In this document: positions 45,826 to 58,580 of the stretch, piece after piece
Layout of the letters: the number at the start of each line of letters is the position of its first letter
How positions within the stretch are numbered: position 1 is the stretch's first letter
NCBI RefSeq assembly: GCF_032191835.1
Contig: NC_083228.1
Location: forward strand, 44,516,001 to 44,580,000
Direction of reading: 5' to 3'
Length of the DNA: 64,000 nucleotides
DNA from: Heteronotia binoei
Lineage: Eukaryota
Notes under the pieces: generated by a model
Seen by the model: only the letters and a program-made list of their open reading frames with translations
Database searches by the model: none
What the model was told of the DNA's origin: nothing
Program-made: the position numbers and the translations under genes

Positions 45826-46845
45826 GTCTGAAGAAGTGTGCAGGGACTCATGAAGTTCATACCCTACCACAAATTTTATCAGTCTTTAAGATACTACTGG
45901 ACTGTTTTATATTACTATTAGAAACAACATTCAAAAACCAGTGGAGGTACATTTTAACCTTCCAGACATTCTAACTGATGACCTAACAGTAGCAGTTCTC
46001 TCACAAAACAATTTCAAAGGGAAATTAGAAAGAGAGACTGCTGAATTGCAACTGAAATAAAGCTCAAGCCTGGAGGACATATTGTCCTGTCTGGCTATTG
46101 AGATGAACTATTAGTGGGTTCTTACAGGAACAGTTGCAACTCACACAGTGGCCTTCCGGTCACATTCTAGCTGTATCTGAAGAAGTGAGCAGTGGCTCAT
46201 AAAAACTCATGTCCTGCTACAATTTTTTTTAGTCATCAAAGTGCTACTAGACTATTGCTCCTTTCCACTAATAAAGATTGCAGGATGTGCTGTTACATTT
46301 CTTTCTCTTCCATCACCTTAGAACTGGAAAGGGATCTCTCCAAGTGAAATAATGTGTTGATTTTAGACTGGACAAAATCCACTCAGTGATATTGATAATA
46401 AAACAATTTAAAAAACAAAAAGGGGGGGGGGTTAATGTGAAGAAAGGTGTAAGGAGAGAGAGGGAGACATGCTGAACTAGAATGTATGGAACCATAAGTG
46501 TATTTTTAAATACTAAGCCATCTAATTTCAGTCATTAAACAATGGAATCCAATCTAACTGTTGAAATTCCTAATCAGGGTCTTTGTGAAAGAAAATAAAA
46601 TCCCAGATAGGCACAGAGAAATCTAATTTTAAAAAAATCCCATAACTTTTCAGAATAAACCCAAATAATTTCATTTTAATTCCCCTTATCCCAGATGCAT
46701 TTTCCTGCCCCCTTCCTCTTTTAACATGCATGTGTGAGATCAGGTCTTGTCAGAAGAATCTCCCTCCCTCTAAAGAAGTGTGCATGCACACAAAAGCTTA
46801 TACCTGGAATAAAATGTTGTTGGTCTTAAAAGATGCCATAGGACA
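45826..46845 (+). repeat. Cluster of three Penelope-like terminal fragments (45826-45903, 46172-46253, 46770-46845)
   Basis: Each has a CTGAAGAA-like core, a short hairpin, an AAAGCT/CATAC-like motif and the TTGGTCTTAAAGGTGC-type terminus. Confidence 0.7.
46068..46163. repeat. Unclassified 96-bp dispersed repeat, copy 2
   Basis: Matches 38712-38807 at 89 of 96 positions. Confidence 0.9.
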
Positions 46846-46960
46846 CACTCTCTTTTTCCCTCCTCCTCCTCAGAGGAGGGGGAAGGCGAACTCAGCCAAT
46901 AGCACGGAGGGAGGCTTCAATTTGTTTCTTGGTGCAACTGAGGAAGACGGATGAAAGCTA

Positions 46961-47305
46961 CCCTGTTTCCCTGAAAATAAGACCTACCCAAAAAATAAGC
47001 CCTAGCAGGATTTCTATGCATTTGTTAAATATAAGCCCTATCCCGATAATAAGACCTAGTGATGGGCGTGGCTATGCAGCATATCTGCATAGCCACGCCA
47101 TGCATTTCAGCGCGGAGTGGTAAGGAAGACTGAAATACCTGGGGAGTTATGACAATGTTCCAGAAGATGACTTAACTGTATTTGAATAAATGTAGATTGT
47201 TGTATCATACTTAATAAAAAATAAGACATCCCCTGAAAATAAGCCCTAGTGTGTTTTCTTGAGAAAAGACAAATATGACAGTGTCTTATTTTTGGGGAAA
47301 CACGG
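46961..47305. mobile_element. Tc1/mariner-superfamily (Tc2/pogo-like) MITE
   Basis: TIRs CCCTGTTTCCCTGAAAATAAGAC / GTCTTATTTTTGGGGAAACACGG, flanked by TA on both sides (46959-46960 and 47306-47307). Several internal AATAAG(A/C)C(C)T repeats. Confidence 0.85.
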
Positions 47306-47890
47306 TAGCTGTGAGGGTGAGCAGCAGCAGCTCAAAGGATGGAAGCAGAAGAGAGCCAGTTGCTCACGGGCCAGATGTGAGCCCTGCAAGGCTGGTTCCA
47401 GCCTTCCTGTGGACTGTATGTTTGACACCACTGCTTTAAGCAGCTGTCTCCAGCTTTCTATTCTAGTGAGCTATAACGTTCTTAGAAATGTTAAATTTCG
47501 ATTCCAAAGCCTATTCTGCTTGCACACAAAAGAAAAGAATGGAATAAACTGGCAGTCGCAACCCAACCACTTGTTCAATGGCGCACGAGAGGATAAACAT
47601 GAAGCATGGACAGCACAACTCAAGTGAAAGAGTAGCACACAAATACCAGAATGAACAAGCTAAAAAAGGACACAGTCACTATAATTTGCCTTATTTAAGG
47701 CAATCAACACAACTTGGCTCAGTCTCAGAACATCAAGACAAACCAACAGAATTACAGAAACAAAGGTTTCTAATTCTGGGAAGAAGACAACTGGCACAGG
47801 ACGAAAACCTTCACTATGAGAAGAAGCTCTTCACTTATAAGCAGCCTTTTTTACAGTTCAGTAGGCTAGCATTACTGATGTAACTAACAC

Positions 47891-47993
47891 AAATTTGAGC
47901 AGATTTCGGTGGATGGTGGAAGACAGGAGGGCCTGGCGTGACTTGGTCCATGGGATCACAAAGAGGTGGACTCGACTGTGCAACTGAACAACA
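47891..47993 (+). mobile_element. BovB (RTE) LINE 3' terminal fragment
   Basis: GACAGGAGGGCCTGGCGTG...GTCCATGGGATCACAAAGAG...GACTGTGCAACTGAACAAC closely resembles the recalled BovB 3' terminus. Confidence 0.8.
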
Positions 47994-49015
47994 GGCTAAC
48001 GTATTTATCTTTCAGAACTGGAAACCAGTACAGCTAGTTTTGCTAAAAAATAGTTGTCATGCTCCTGAAGAGTGACATATTCCAGAAAACTCTTTGTTGC
48101 AGTGTAACTGTCCCATAAGAAATACTGGGAAAGCTAAATTGTATGCTTACAGTAGAATCCCATTATAATGCACCATACAGTGCACACAAAACACAGATCT
48201 TGCCCTCTGTGCCATTCCTGGTTTTCCAATGCATTCTCCACAGTGCTACAGTAACTGTTTCCTTATTTTTAAAGTTGTGTTAATGCTTTTGAATTAATTG
48301 AACAAAGTTTGAAAACCTCACATCCATGGAGAACTGACTGAATTGAATCCAGAATACACTGTGGTATAACTGTGAACATGAGAAAAGTGTGTATTACGCT
48401 TCTTCTTGAAAGTGGCCAAGAAGGATATTTTGATTACTATTCTAGCAATTGCCCATTTCTTTACTGTTTAAACCATTTATAAGCTCACCTTTCTCCCAAA
48501 TATCTGGGGCACAAGGCAATTAACATAGAGTTTAACACAATAAAACATAATTAAAACTTAACAAAACTAGTATGGTAATACACAAGATCCAAAATGCCAT
48601 TAGAATCCCAGTTGCAACCCTCCAATTCTCTTAAGTCCTACCCCAATGTCAAACTCAACATACCTTGCTCAACCTAGTTGTGCAAGCAAAATGAGACAAA
48701 ACCCAAAATATTTATTTCCTTTGGAGCAACAGCACATGCAATATCTTACAGAAGAATCGCTACAGAATTTATTATAGTAGAGCATGCATTCTTGAACGAA
48801 GAATTTGTGGAACAGCGGTAGTGATTATTTTCCTTGTCTTCTCAGTTCTGCAATCCAATTTCTTTTTAAAAGCATTCCTTCTTCTGTAATAAAATGGAAC
48901 TTCTCTCTTAAAATGATGGCTACTGACCCAAATACATGCTTAATCAAGTGATACGATATAGAAAGCATACCTATGTATTTCTGACAACAGTATATAAATC
49001 CCAGAAGCCACTTAC

Positions 49016-49180
49016 ATTTAGAATGTCTATCACAGAGGGCTGATGAACGCATGTCACAGAGCCGTATAGTTCCTTTGCTACTGCTGTAGACAAACACATT
49101 ACAATGATGGGGGTGGAATTCTGCTGCAGTTATCACCTCTGTCAGTTCCTCCATGTTAGCAGGCTTTATATCTACAATGT
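49016..49180 (-). CDS. PPP2R2D: PPP2R2D coding exon ([54 protein letters not shown]), 165 nt
   Basis: ORF track 48825..49154 plus upstream codons; CAG acceptor and GTAAG donor. Confidence 0.97.
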
Positions 49181-49578
49181 CTGAAATTTGCTTGTAAAGG
49201 TCATGTTGTGGGAAAGTGTATCAAGGCATTACTGGATAAGAGTCCTTTTAAAGCAGTGGCACTCACTCTGCACCTCGCAAAGCAAATTTGCAATTACCAT
49301 CAACCAAGAGTCACATGACTACTACACCCGTACACCACCCCCATGAAACACATACAGCTATATCATTTTTTAAATTACCAGATTCTTCTGAGTATCTACT
49401 GTGTCTCAACTTACTGCTGTTGAACCTCAGCCTGCCTTTGTCTATCTGTAAAAAGGTGTGGGACCTCAGCCTGCCCATGCGTATCTGTAATAAGAGTGCT
49501 TTCTCACTTTCCAGAATGAAAGAAAAGGCTCCCAGAGGAGAGGAAACTGGCTGTGAAGAAACAGGAATAAAATTACTA

Positions 49579-50144
49579 CAATGGATAAACAATGAATACA
49601 AAAACATATATAAATTCACAATAGACCATACAATAGGTCCTCTATACACCGGGAATCAGTCCAATATTTGCAGCAATTCAATATTGAGTTCATCCATGAG
49701 AATCCAGGTGAAGTAATTGTGAAATTGATCAATGTCTCTTTATATATGCAGCCAGCAATCCAGATAAGAACAAGATCATACTGGAACCCTTGTTTCACAC
49801 AAGCTTCTTCGCGCAAGCTACCAAGCTACCATTAATTGTTGGTGTGTGAGAGATAAAATTAGTTCTTGAGTGTGAAGAGATTTGTAAAATATTGCGCGAA
49901 GAAGCTTAGCTTGTGCGAAACAAGGGCTCCAGTACAACCTCGTTCTTTTCTGGACTGCTGGCTGCATATATAAAGAGACATTGATCAATTTCACAATTAC
50001 TTCACCTGGATTCTCATGGATGAACTCAATATTGAATTGCTGCAAATATTAGATCGATTCCTGGTGAACACATTCCTTATTTGTATAAGGACCTATTGTA
50101 TGTACTGTGAATTAATATATGCTTTTGAATTGTTTATCCGTTGT
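49579..50144. repeat. Long inverted repeat (arms about 49579-49816 and 49892-50144) with a 95-bp perfect core
   Basis: 49663-49757 is the exact reverse complement of 49956-50050, checked base by base. Confidence 0.95.
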
Positions 50145-50827
50145 GTCTTTGGTGTACGGAGGCTGGTTTTCACGGAAAGCTTTATGCTTTGGATTCCTTT
50201 GCCTAAAATAATATCCTAGTTGATGTCCCCAACCTCCATGAGTAATTAAATTCTAAGGACTGTGGATACAAAGCTAACTCTACCAGCAAGAAGCTGGCAA
50301 GAAATTCAGTGCAAAGCTGTTCAGCATGGAGGCAGGTACGGGTATGCATTTACATATGCAGCTGATCATCCAAATGCTCAGTAATACACTGGAGACTGCC
50401 AGCCAAGAGTCCCCAAATACAGTATTGGATATGGCAGGACTTAAAAAAAAAAATTAAAACCTGAAACTAGAAAAAAGCAACTTACTTCAAAAAACATGAA
50501 ATTAGTTTCCTAAGGAACAAAGAAGGAAAACAGCAGACTCCATTGCTATTCATTATTTCGACAGATGCAGTTGTGAACTGCTTTCCCTTGTTTCAGGAAA
50601 TACCGCCTGCTTTGCTTAAATTGCAAGTTTGGCATCTTTAAAAATCAGTACCCAGCCTAGAAGTTTAACAAATATCAGATAACCCATGTAGAGTATTATA
50701 GGCACTTTACAATCTACAAAACGATGAAGAGACCAATGATATATCATAGAAACAATTAGCAAGAAACCCTTTCTATTAATCAAGATGTTTTAATTATATT
50801 GTAACAGAAGGATAACAAAAAGGATAC

Positions 50828-51005
50828 TAAAACTTCTATCTGTGATTTCTAAATGCCACAGGTTGATTCTTAGGTCATCTGCGGAAAGGTACGTTTCATG
50901 ATCACTATTAACTGAAATAGAGTTTATGTGATATGTGTGTGCATTTGCAAATATCCTTCGGGGACTTGCTTCTACCATTAGGTCCATGGGTTTTAAGATT
51001 GGCAC
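50828..51005 (-). CDS. PPP2R2D: PPP2R2D coding exon ([59 protein letters not shown]), 178 nt
   Basis: ORF track 50790..51005; canonical splice sites. Confidence 0.97.
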
Positions 51006-52384
51006 CTAAAAATTAAAAAAAAATAACTTGTTTCAGAAATTTGCAGCTGTTACTTAATAAAATAATAATACAAATGAAAGGTTATAGTAGTTGCTGGTAA
51101 TGTACTTACTCCTGAATATAATTTTAGTGTAAAATTGGACGATAGGCATACGAAGTTTGTAGGATTCCAAAACTATTAATGCATCAGTGTATAGCAAAAT
51201 TATATTTTTCAGTTTAGCCTTGTTAACCAAATATATATGTATCAAAGACTTCAGCAGTGGGTTAAGAAAATTTTAACCATAAGAAAGCCAAGTCTCTCCA
51301 AAGCATGATTTTTCATTGTCATTTATGTCATCAGTCATTTACAAGTTCTACCACATCTTTCTCATCAAAAGTCAACTAAACTTTCACTCTAAAGTTCTAA
51401 AAGACTGAATGTATTTCACCTGTCACAGAGATGCTGCTCAAAACTGCCTCCCTTATAAGCCATCCTTGTGCTGGTCATATTGTGTCACAGTTCTACAATG
51501 CATTTCTAGCATTACATTCAGTGGGAAGAGGACAGAGCCTCTCTGTATGATAGCACTAATTTGCACTGTGAGCACCTGCAGGCATCATGCATGCAATGAG
51601 AATAACTTGCCACTGGAGCTTTAAATTCAACAGCATTTCAACCATAATGTATGCTCCCATTTTCTCTACTTGAGTAAAGAAAATAAAAAGTGGTTTATAA
51701 AATGTTTAACATATGTTAAGCAAAGAGACAGGGCTGAATAATTTTCAAATGCTGCTACCATGCTGTGTGCTGGTTTTTAATGGAGAAATCCCAGAGTGAT
51801 CATTTACAAATGTGGCATTTCAATTAAAATGGTTAAAATTTCCATTTAAATTAGTATCCAAAGTTACCACTTTAGCTATTTCAGGACCTCAGTCATCACA
51901 GCACAACTCAATATACAAAAGCATTGCCAGCCAATACTGAAAGCATCTGATACTTCCTTTTGTATTACCTCAAAGACCACAAGCTATTTTAAAATATGAA
52001 AGCATAAAACATCAGTATCACTACATCTAGGAAAAATGCACCCAGAAAACCATATATGCATCAAGCTTTTCACTTTCCTTTGACATCTGCTCTTCTCTTT
52101 TGGAATACCATTTTGAACATCAAAGTCTGAACATGGCTAAAAGCTTTTTTGTATAGATCCTATTTCCTCATGTCTCAAACATATCTAAATTTAATGCATC
52201 ATAAAAACACTGTATAAACCAAAACTTATAAATCCAACGTTTTCAAGTGAAATTGTTCATTCTTTCCCTTCCAAACAACATGTAAGTACTCTAGCGTATA
52301 TAATAAATACTAAACACGACAAAACCTATAATGTTCTGAAGTTTTTAGAGTGACTATTTTAAAGAAGAAAAGAGTTTCATACTC

Positions 52385-52600
52385 TGCTTTTCTCTACTCT
52401 AAGGAGTCTCCAAGCAGTTTACAATTGCCTTTCCCTTCCTCTCCCCACAAAATTCAACTTGTGAGGAAGGTGGGGATGAGAGAATTCAGAGAATTATGAC
52501 TGTCCCAAGGTCACCTAGCTGGCTTTATGTAGAAGAGTGGGGAATCAAACTAGATTCTCCAGATCAGAGTCCACCACTCTTAACCAATACACCACACTGG
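52385..52600 (-). mobile_element. tRNA/CORE SINE (Squam3-type)
   Basis: Reverse-strand homologue of 20531-20797. Confidence 0.75.
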
Positions 52601-52742
52601 TGGTACCAAATGAGTGGTGTTTTTAGAAGATATAATATTTCTAATATTTAAATGTTTATTGCATTTTCTCATCCAGGTGTTGTAACAGCAGAATATCAGG
52701 TTACTTAGATTTCATTGGTTCTAAATTAGGATAGCAAGATAC

Positions 52743-52855
52743 CCTTAACGCTGTGATTCTAAATGGATCCCGAAGTCTTCCATCTTCATCCTTCAAGTTA
52801 TAACCTTCAGCTCTCTTATCCCTTTCACTAATTTTCCATAATTTAATAGTTTTAT
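52743..52855 (-). CDS. PPP2R2D: PPP2R2D coding exon ([38 protein letters not shown]), 113 nt
   Basis: ORF track 52701..52919; canonical splice sites. Confidence 0.97.
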
Positions 52856-54921
52856 CTAAAAAGAAAAAAAACACATTAAAATTGTTCAAGTCAAACAGTA
52901 CTGAAAATATAACAAACACCTGTTATAATTATCTGCAAATGAATCAATGTGCATGTTTCATCTGGCCTGAGCATTTTGATATAGGAAGGGTTGTGAGGAA
53001 TATACACTTCTTTATCTTCTGCAAAAGCCTCCATGAAAAAATGAAGCAAGATTCAGCCTCTCCCTCCCAGTCTTTTAATGTGCAGGGAGCACTTGAGGGA
53101 AGAAAGAGAGAGAGGCTTCCCCCTTCCCCACCTCCTGTGCCTCCTTCAATAAGAGAGAAAAACCCTCTCTCTGCCTCTTCTCTAGTATCTGTCTGAGGAG
53201 GTAAGTCTTGTTTAATCTCCAGCAGCTCTCTCACAGCTTCTGACTTCTGTGAAGCCAGGAAGATGCAAGAAAGATGGCTTTTCTTCTGTGCATTCTGTGT
53301 AATTCATAGACAGTTTTGGGACAAGGTATTCACACTACTGGTGAGCTGGCCAAAGGATTGAGGAGCCCTGAGCATTGTTACTCTGGTTTTGTTACTAATA
53401 GCAAGAAACTAGCTATTTAATACACTGAAGCTCTGCTCAGAACAACTGGAGATCTAAACCAGTCACCATGCTGACTTCTGAGATTTCAATAGGAATTGTT
53501 TTATACTTGAACACACTGCAACTATAAGGATTGCAAGGTTTGGTTTTATTTTCAAATAAAAGCCCCATAACACATTCTGCTCTCAAGCAGAATTATCACA
53601 CACATGCAACACCAAGTATAGGTTATTTCTGAAGAAAGAAAATTTAGGTAATGGAAGGAAATCGGTGGAATAATTTATGCCACTTGATTTTTAATTATGG
53701 CATTAATACAATTATGTATTTACTTTATAGTTTTTAATGTTTTACTATGTTGCATATTGCTCAGAAACCAACAATAGCAGGGATTAGGCAATTCATAAAA
53801 GTAATAAATAAATAGGTTGCCTTTTTAGGTAATGATTTGCAAATAAAACACACAGTTCAAAGAGCCACTCTGTTATTTTCTACAATGCCTTAGCTTCTGT
53901 GAAGAATATGTAAGTTTCTGTGCAACTGGATATACAAATGCATTTACTCACTAGCGGCTATAAAGAAAAAGCCTCTAAGAGAACCAATAAGAAGCTTGCG
54001 CTTCACCATTCTAAAATATACACTTTTTGCAAGGGATTAAAGAGCACTTTTTCACATGAACTATAAAACTCTTTTTATATAGAAAAAGATCTTTAACAAA
54101 CCACTCCTCCACACTCACACAGTTAAAGCTGACATAAAGAATTCAGAAAAACACACTAAATAAAGGGCTAGGAATATATACATTTTGACATTTTCTTTCT
54201 ATTCTGAACTTTAAGAATATATGACACTTTGATCACATTTCTTTAGCTATTCTACCCTATTAAGAACAAAAATGTGTTCTCCAAATTATGTGCCACTTAT
54301 ACTAAAAATGTGGTTTTATTATAAAAAAGAGCTTTCTATGTTTGTTCTTTTAGTAAATGTTTTTTTAAAATTAATTTGCATAAACCAATAGACACAAAAT
54401 AGCAGAAGGAAAACTAATTCTCCTAGGCAAATATTCTCATTGCCTCTACTGTTAGATAAGCTTAACCAAGATCAGGAAAAAAGTCGGATTACTTAGAAAC
54501 CTTTAACAATAATGAGGGGAACTGAAAAACACAAGGAATAATCCTAAGTAAGTCTACTCAGAAATAAATCCAGTTTTATACAGTGGGCTTCCTCGCAAAA
54601 AAGGATTGCAGGCAAAGTAAACCTGCAGTGAACAAGCAACAAGGATAAACTAAGATATTTAGGATTAAAACAAGAGTTGTCAGAGCAGCAGCTACACATG
54701 GCTGAAAACCAACAAACAAGCAACAACACTTCTAATGTAAGTAAACATGGCATACATTAAACTGAAGAAAGGTAACAAGAAATTTCCTTTACTTCCCTAT
54801 CACTCTCACATACAGAATTTCTTCCACCTGTTGAATCTCCATGAATGGGAGAACAGAGATAATAGCAGACTGCTTTGCTTCATTAAGATAAGAGGGTATT
54901 TGGGGTTGGGGATCTTTCAAG

Positions 54922-55198
54922 GAAGATGATAATATTAGATTTATATCCCGTCCTATACTCTGAATCTTAGAGCAGTCATAATCTCCTTTAACCTTCCTGC
55001 CCCGCCCCCCCTCACAACAGGCACCCTGTGAGTAGGTGGGACTGAGAGAGCTCTCACAGCAGCTGCCCTTTCAAAGACAATTCCTATGAGAGCTATGGCT
55101 GACCCAAGGCCATTCCAGCACCTGCAAGTGGAGGAGGAGGGATCAAACCCGGTTCTCCCAGACAAGAGTCCGTGCATTTAACCATTACACCAAACTGG
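54922..55198 (-). mobile_element. tRNA/CORE SINE (Squam3-type)
   Basis: Reverse-strand homologue of 20531-20797; closely similar to 60245-60506. Confidence 0.82.
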
Positions 55199-55938
55199 TG
55201 TAGAAGGAGAAGTACTGCACAATAGTGTGGCCACACAGAGCTAGCAAGAGTGATGGGTATTTCAGAAGGAGTTCTCTCCATTTGCCTGTATGTAAAAGGA
55301 TAAGAGAAGCCAGCAAACAAACAAGACAGCCATACAAGTTGCCCCAGTTCTGCATCTCTGAATAAATGCAAACAGAAAATAACTACAGTGAAACTGCACT
55401 GGATAAGTGGTGGAGGTCCATGCTGGTGTGCGAGTCTTAGCAGATGCCTAGTTTTGCCAACAGAGCGCTGGGCCCAGAAGAAATAGGAGGTCTCAACACC
55501 ATTTAAGTAGCCTTGCTTCAGCATTGCTATTTTTCACTTTTTACCACCCCTCCCTCACCCCAGTGCAACGGACAACAGCTTGTGGACATGCAGCTTCCCA
55601 ATGTTCCACTTTGGAACCCTATGACAATGTAAATCAGTTTCAGGGAGAGTGGGCTATAAATTGAAAAAACTAAACAGACAGGCTGTAGTGACGTACTTAT
55701 TTACAAGGCTGTTTCTAGTATAGAAAACAAGATTCTGTTCTTTGCTAGGTAACTGTCCAATCTCATAGTACAGAATGGTCTCCTTGCAAAGTATCAGAAC
55801 CTTATTAATGCAGAATCATTAACTTTGTAATATGTAATGCAGAAGATAATAAACTAAAAAGATGCCATTTCTTTTTGCATTTGTTTTGCAAGTCATCAGT
55901 GTCTACAAAAAAAATAAAATAAAAATGCAAGACATGCA

Positions 55939-56132
55939 ATGGCTCCATAGAAGGGCTTTTGCTTGGCCTGCAGAAGGTTCCAGGTCCAGCCCCTGGCATC
56001 ACCAATTAAAAGGGAGTAGGCGATGTGAACGACCTCATCCTGAGACCCTGGACAGCTGCTGCCAGTCTGAGTAGACAATACTGACCTTGATGGACCGAGG
56101 GTCTGATTCAGTATAAAGCAGCTTCATGTGTG
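55939..56132 (+). mobile_element. tRNA-headed SINE with CR1-like tail (same family as 42038-42235)
   Basis: Shared body and tail GTAGACAATACTGACC...GGTCTGATTCAGTATAAAGCAGCTTCATGTG. Confidence 0.75.
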
Positions 56133-56242
56133 ATTATATTGGAAATGATGTAATATTTATAAAGTATCAAGAAACTTAGATATATCTAATAATTTCATTT
56201 CTAGAACACCTACAGCAAAATGTATTTTATAAATTTCCTTAC

Positions 56243-56408
56243 CATTTGTAGATAATAAGAAGTGAGCAGCATTCTGTTGTGGTAACCACCTAATTTTATT
56301 AATCTTTTCCTCAATTTCTAGACTTTTCAAGTAGTCAAACTCAGGTTCATGACTTTGAAAGGTACTGTAAACATTATACTCTCCCCTTGAATGAGGACGG
56401 CTTTTATT
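56243..56408 (-). CDS. PPP2R2D: PPP2R2D coding exon ([55 protein letters not shown]), 166 nt
   Basis: ORF track 56157..56453; CAG acceptor and GTAAG donor; phase-consistent with its neighbours. Confidence 0.97.
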
Positions 56409-57448
56409 CTGCAAAGCAAAAACAGTAGAAAGTGGTTCTAACATAGTGTGCACATACCAAGAAGATTTGTTAAGAAGTTATCAACCAAAAATATCATGCA
56501 ATTTTCAAAAGTAACATGCATTCATAGAAGTAATATTTGAACTGGAGACCTCTCAGATAACAGCTAATTCTCTTAGCCACTTTAGCACACAAATGAGTAC
56601 AGTATAGAGGAGGACAACATTCTCTCAAAAGAACTCACAAGACATTCTGGGCACATGACATTATTTAAAAAGTTTATACCTCGCCTTTCAACCATACAGT
56701 ATTCAAGATATGTTCTCTAGGCATTTTTGAATAAATCAAAGGTGAATCCTACTGTATTCATATGGGCTGGCTGTTTTTACTACAGAAATTTCATCTGTTA
56801 CTTCCTACAAGTCCATATTTATCTGCCTTTATAAAGGATATTTCAGATGATATATTCCCTGAACAAATAACCACTTATGAACAGGAAAAAGTACATACAC
56901 TGTTGCATGCTACATCTGTTCTCAAAGCATGTTTAATTGCCTACTATAGTTGTACTTCTAAACCCATGGCTGATGCAGTATCCTGCATAAAAAAGGGTAA
57001 CGCAGTCTCCTTGCCCCACCATTCAACACCAAGGAGTCATATTCAAGATTCTCTAAGAATGTTATTCCTTAACATCTCTTAGTTACATGACCTATCAGAA
57101 AGGTTAAAACACAATGGAAAGATTTTTCTCTACATGTTCTATGCTTGCTTATGAATGAAGCAAGCATCTTTCATAAATACCATCAGTTTAAAAGGCGAAG
57201 GCCTAGAGTAGCAGCTTGAAAAGTGATTGTGATGGACTAGTTTTTGGAAAAAAATCATTCCCTGACCTGTCACGTGCTTCAGGTATGGATCAAATTAAAT
57301 AGAACAAAGTAGACTAAAAGCTATGCAAGGACAACATCATGGATCTAAGTAAACTTGGCAATGTGATAGTGCAATGTCACTTTCTTTAAACAAACATTCA
57401 GCAAAGCTGTTTTAATAAACCACTTTCATTGTTTCGAATGGCACTGAC

Positions 57449-57546
57449 CTCTGGTTCCCTTTGAAATATAACCACTCTGCCACCTTTGTCTCCTGTTGCA
57501 AGAAGATCTCCAGAGTAATTAAATTCAACTGTTGAGATAATGTCAG
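57449..57546 (-). CDS. PPP2R2D: PPP2R2D coding exon ([33 protein letters not shown]), 98 nt; most 5' exon found in the window
   Basis: AG/GT boundaries on the - strand. B55 family peptide; [11 protein letters not shown] matches the delta paralogue. Adjacent to BNIP3 as in mammals. Confidence 0.96.
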
Positions 57547-58124
57547 CTGTAAACATAAAACAGAAACAATCAGTATTAGCATATAAAAGCATAAGGTGAA
57601 CTCGGCACATTTAAGAATTTATTGTAACTTAACCATGTCACATTAATGTTCAAGCTAATTCATAACATTGCAGCCTTTATATTCAACACTTACTGCTATT
57701 TTTAAAACAAAAGGACAGTAGCTGAATAATATACAATATTAAAATACCAAAATAATTGTAGTACTCAGTCTCCAACATTTAGAAACATTTATTGGGCTGT
57801 AATCGTATGCCTACTTTCCCAGGAGTAAGCTCCAATGAACACAATGGTACTTACTACAAAAGTAAATATGCACAGGATTGCACTGTTAATTTCTGTGCTG
57901 CTGTGAAATGCAGAACTGACAGGAAAAAAATTCCTACAGAAACCTTTCTCTAGGCCAAAGATACCAGATAATTCCATTTAATCACAGCCATATATATGAA
58001 GATGTTTTTTCTTGCATTTCCAATCTAAACATGTTGCAGACATCACTTGGAAGTGCAACTGAATATCTTCCAGGAGCATTATTAGTTCCACTAAAAACAG
58101 TTTTGCAGGGAGTGATCAACTTTA

Positions 58125-58580
58125 TTTAAAACATTTATATGTCGCCTTTCCACCCAAATATGCTCCTCAAGGTAGTTAACATCAAACAGTGCTTTAAAAG
58201 TATATATAAATATTTAACAATACAATAAAACATACAGACACACAAAACACTAGAGAAGAGAGCCAATAAAAGTTTATTAGGGGTGTGCCAAAAAATAAAT
58301 ATGTCTTCACTTGGTAGTGAAAGACAACATAGGAAAACAAATAAATCTGGGCGAGGGAGTTCCAAAGTTTTGGAACCATGACTGATAAGGCTCTTTCTAA
58401 CACATCTAGCATCAGATGGCAGGAGCAACCAAATCAAGGCCTCTAAAGATGACTGCAGTGGACAGGTACATTCATATAGGTACATTTATATTTTCTTAAG
58501 GCATGCTGGATCCAAACCATATAGGGCTTTAAAGATCAATACCAGCTCCTTGAATTAAGCTTGGAAGTAAACGAGTATTC
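58125..58580 (-). mobile_element. Degenerate L2-clade LINE 3' fragment
   Basis: The reverse strand reads FKELVLIFKALYGLDPACLK and ALSVMVPKLWNSL, followed by a 3' tail resembling the 24650-24720 tail. Confidence 0.75.

Noticed and set aside
49616-50219. Mirror-image ORFs on both strands
   Set aside because: They are a direct consequence of the inverted repeat, with no protein similarity recognised.
41314-57546. PPP2R2A, PPP2R2B or PPP2R2C as the identity of the - strand gene
   Set aside because: [43 protein letters not shown] and FQDKIN, plus linkage to BNIP3, indicate the delta paralogue despite the single REPE variant.
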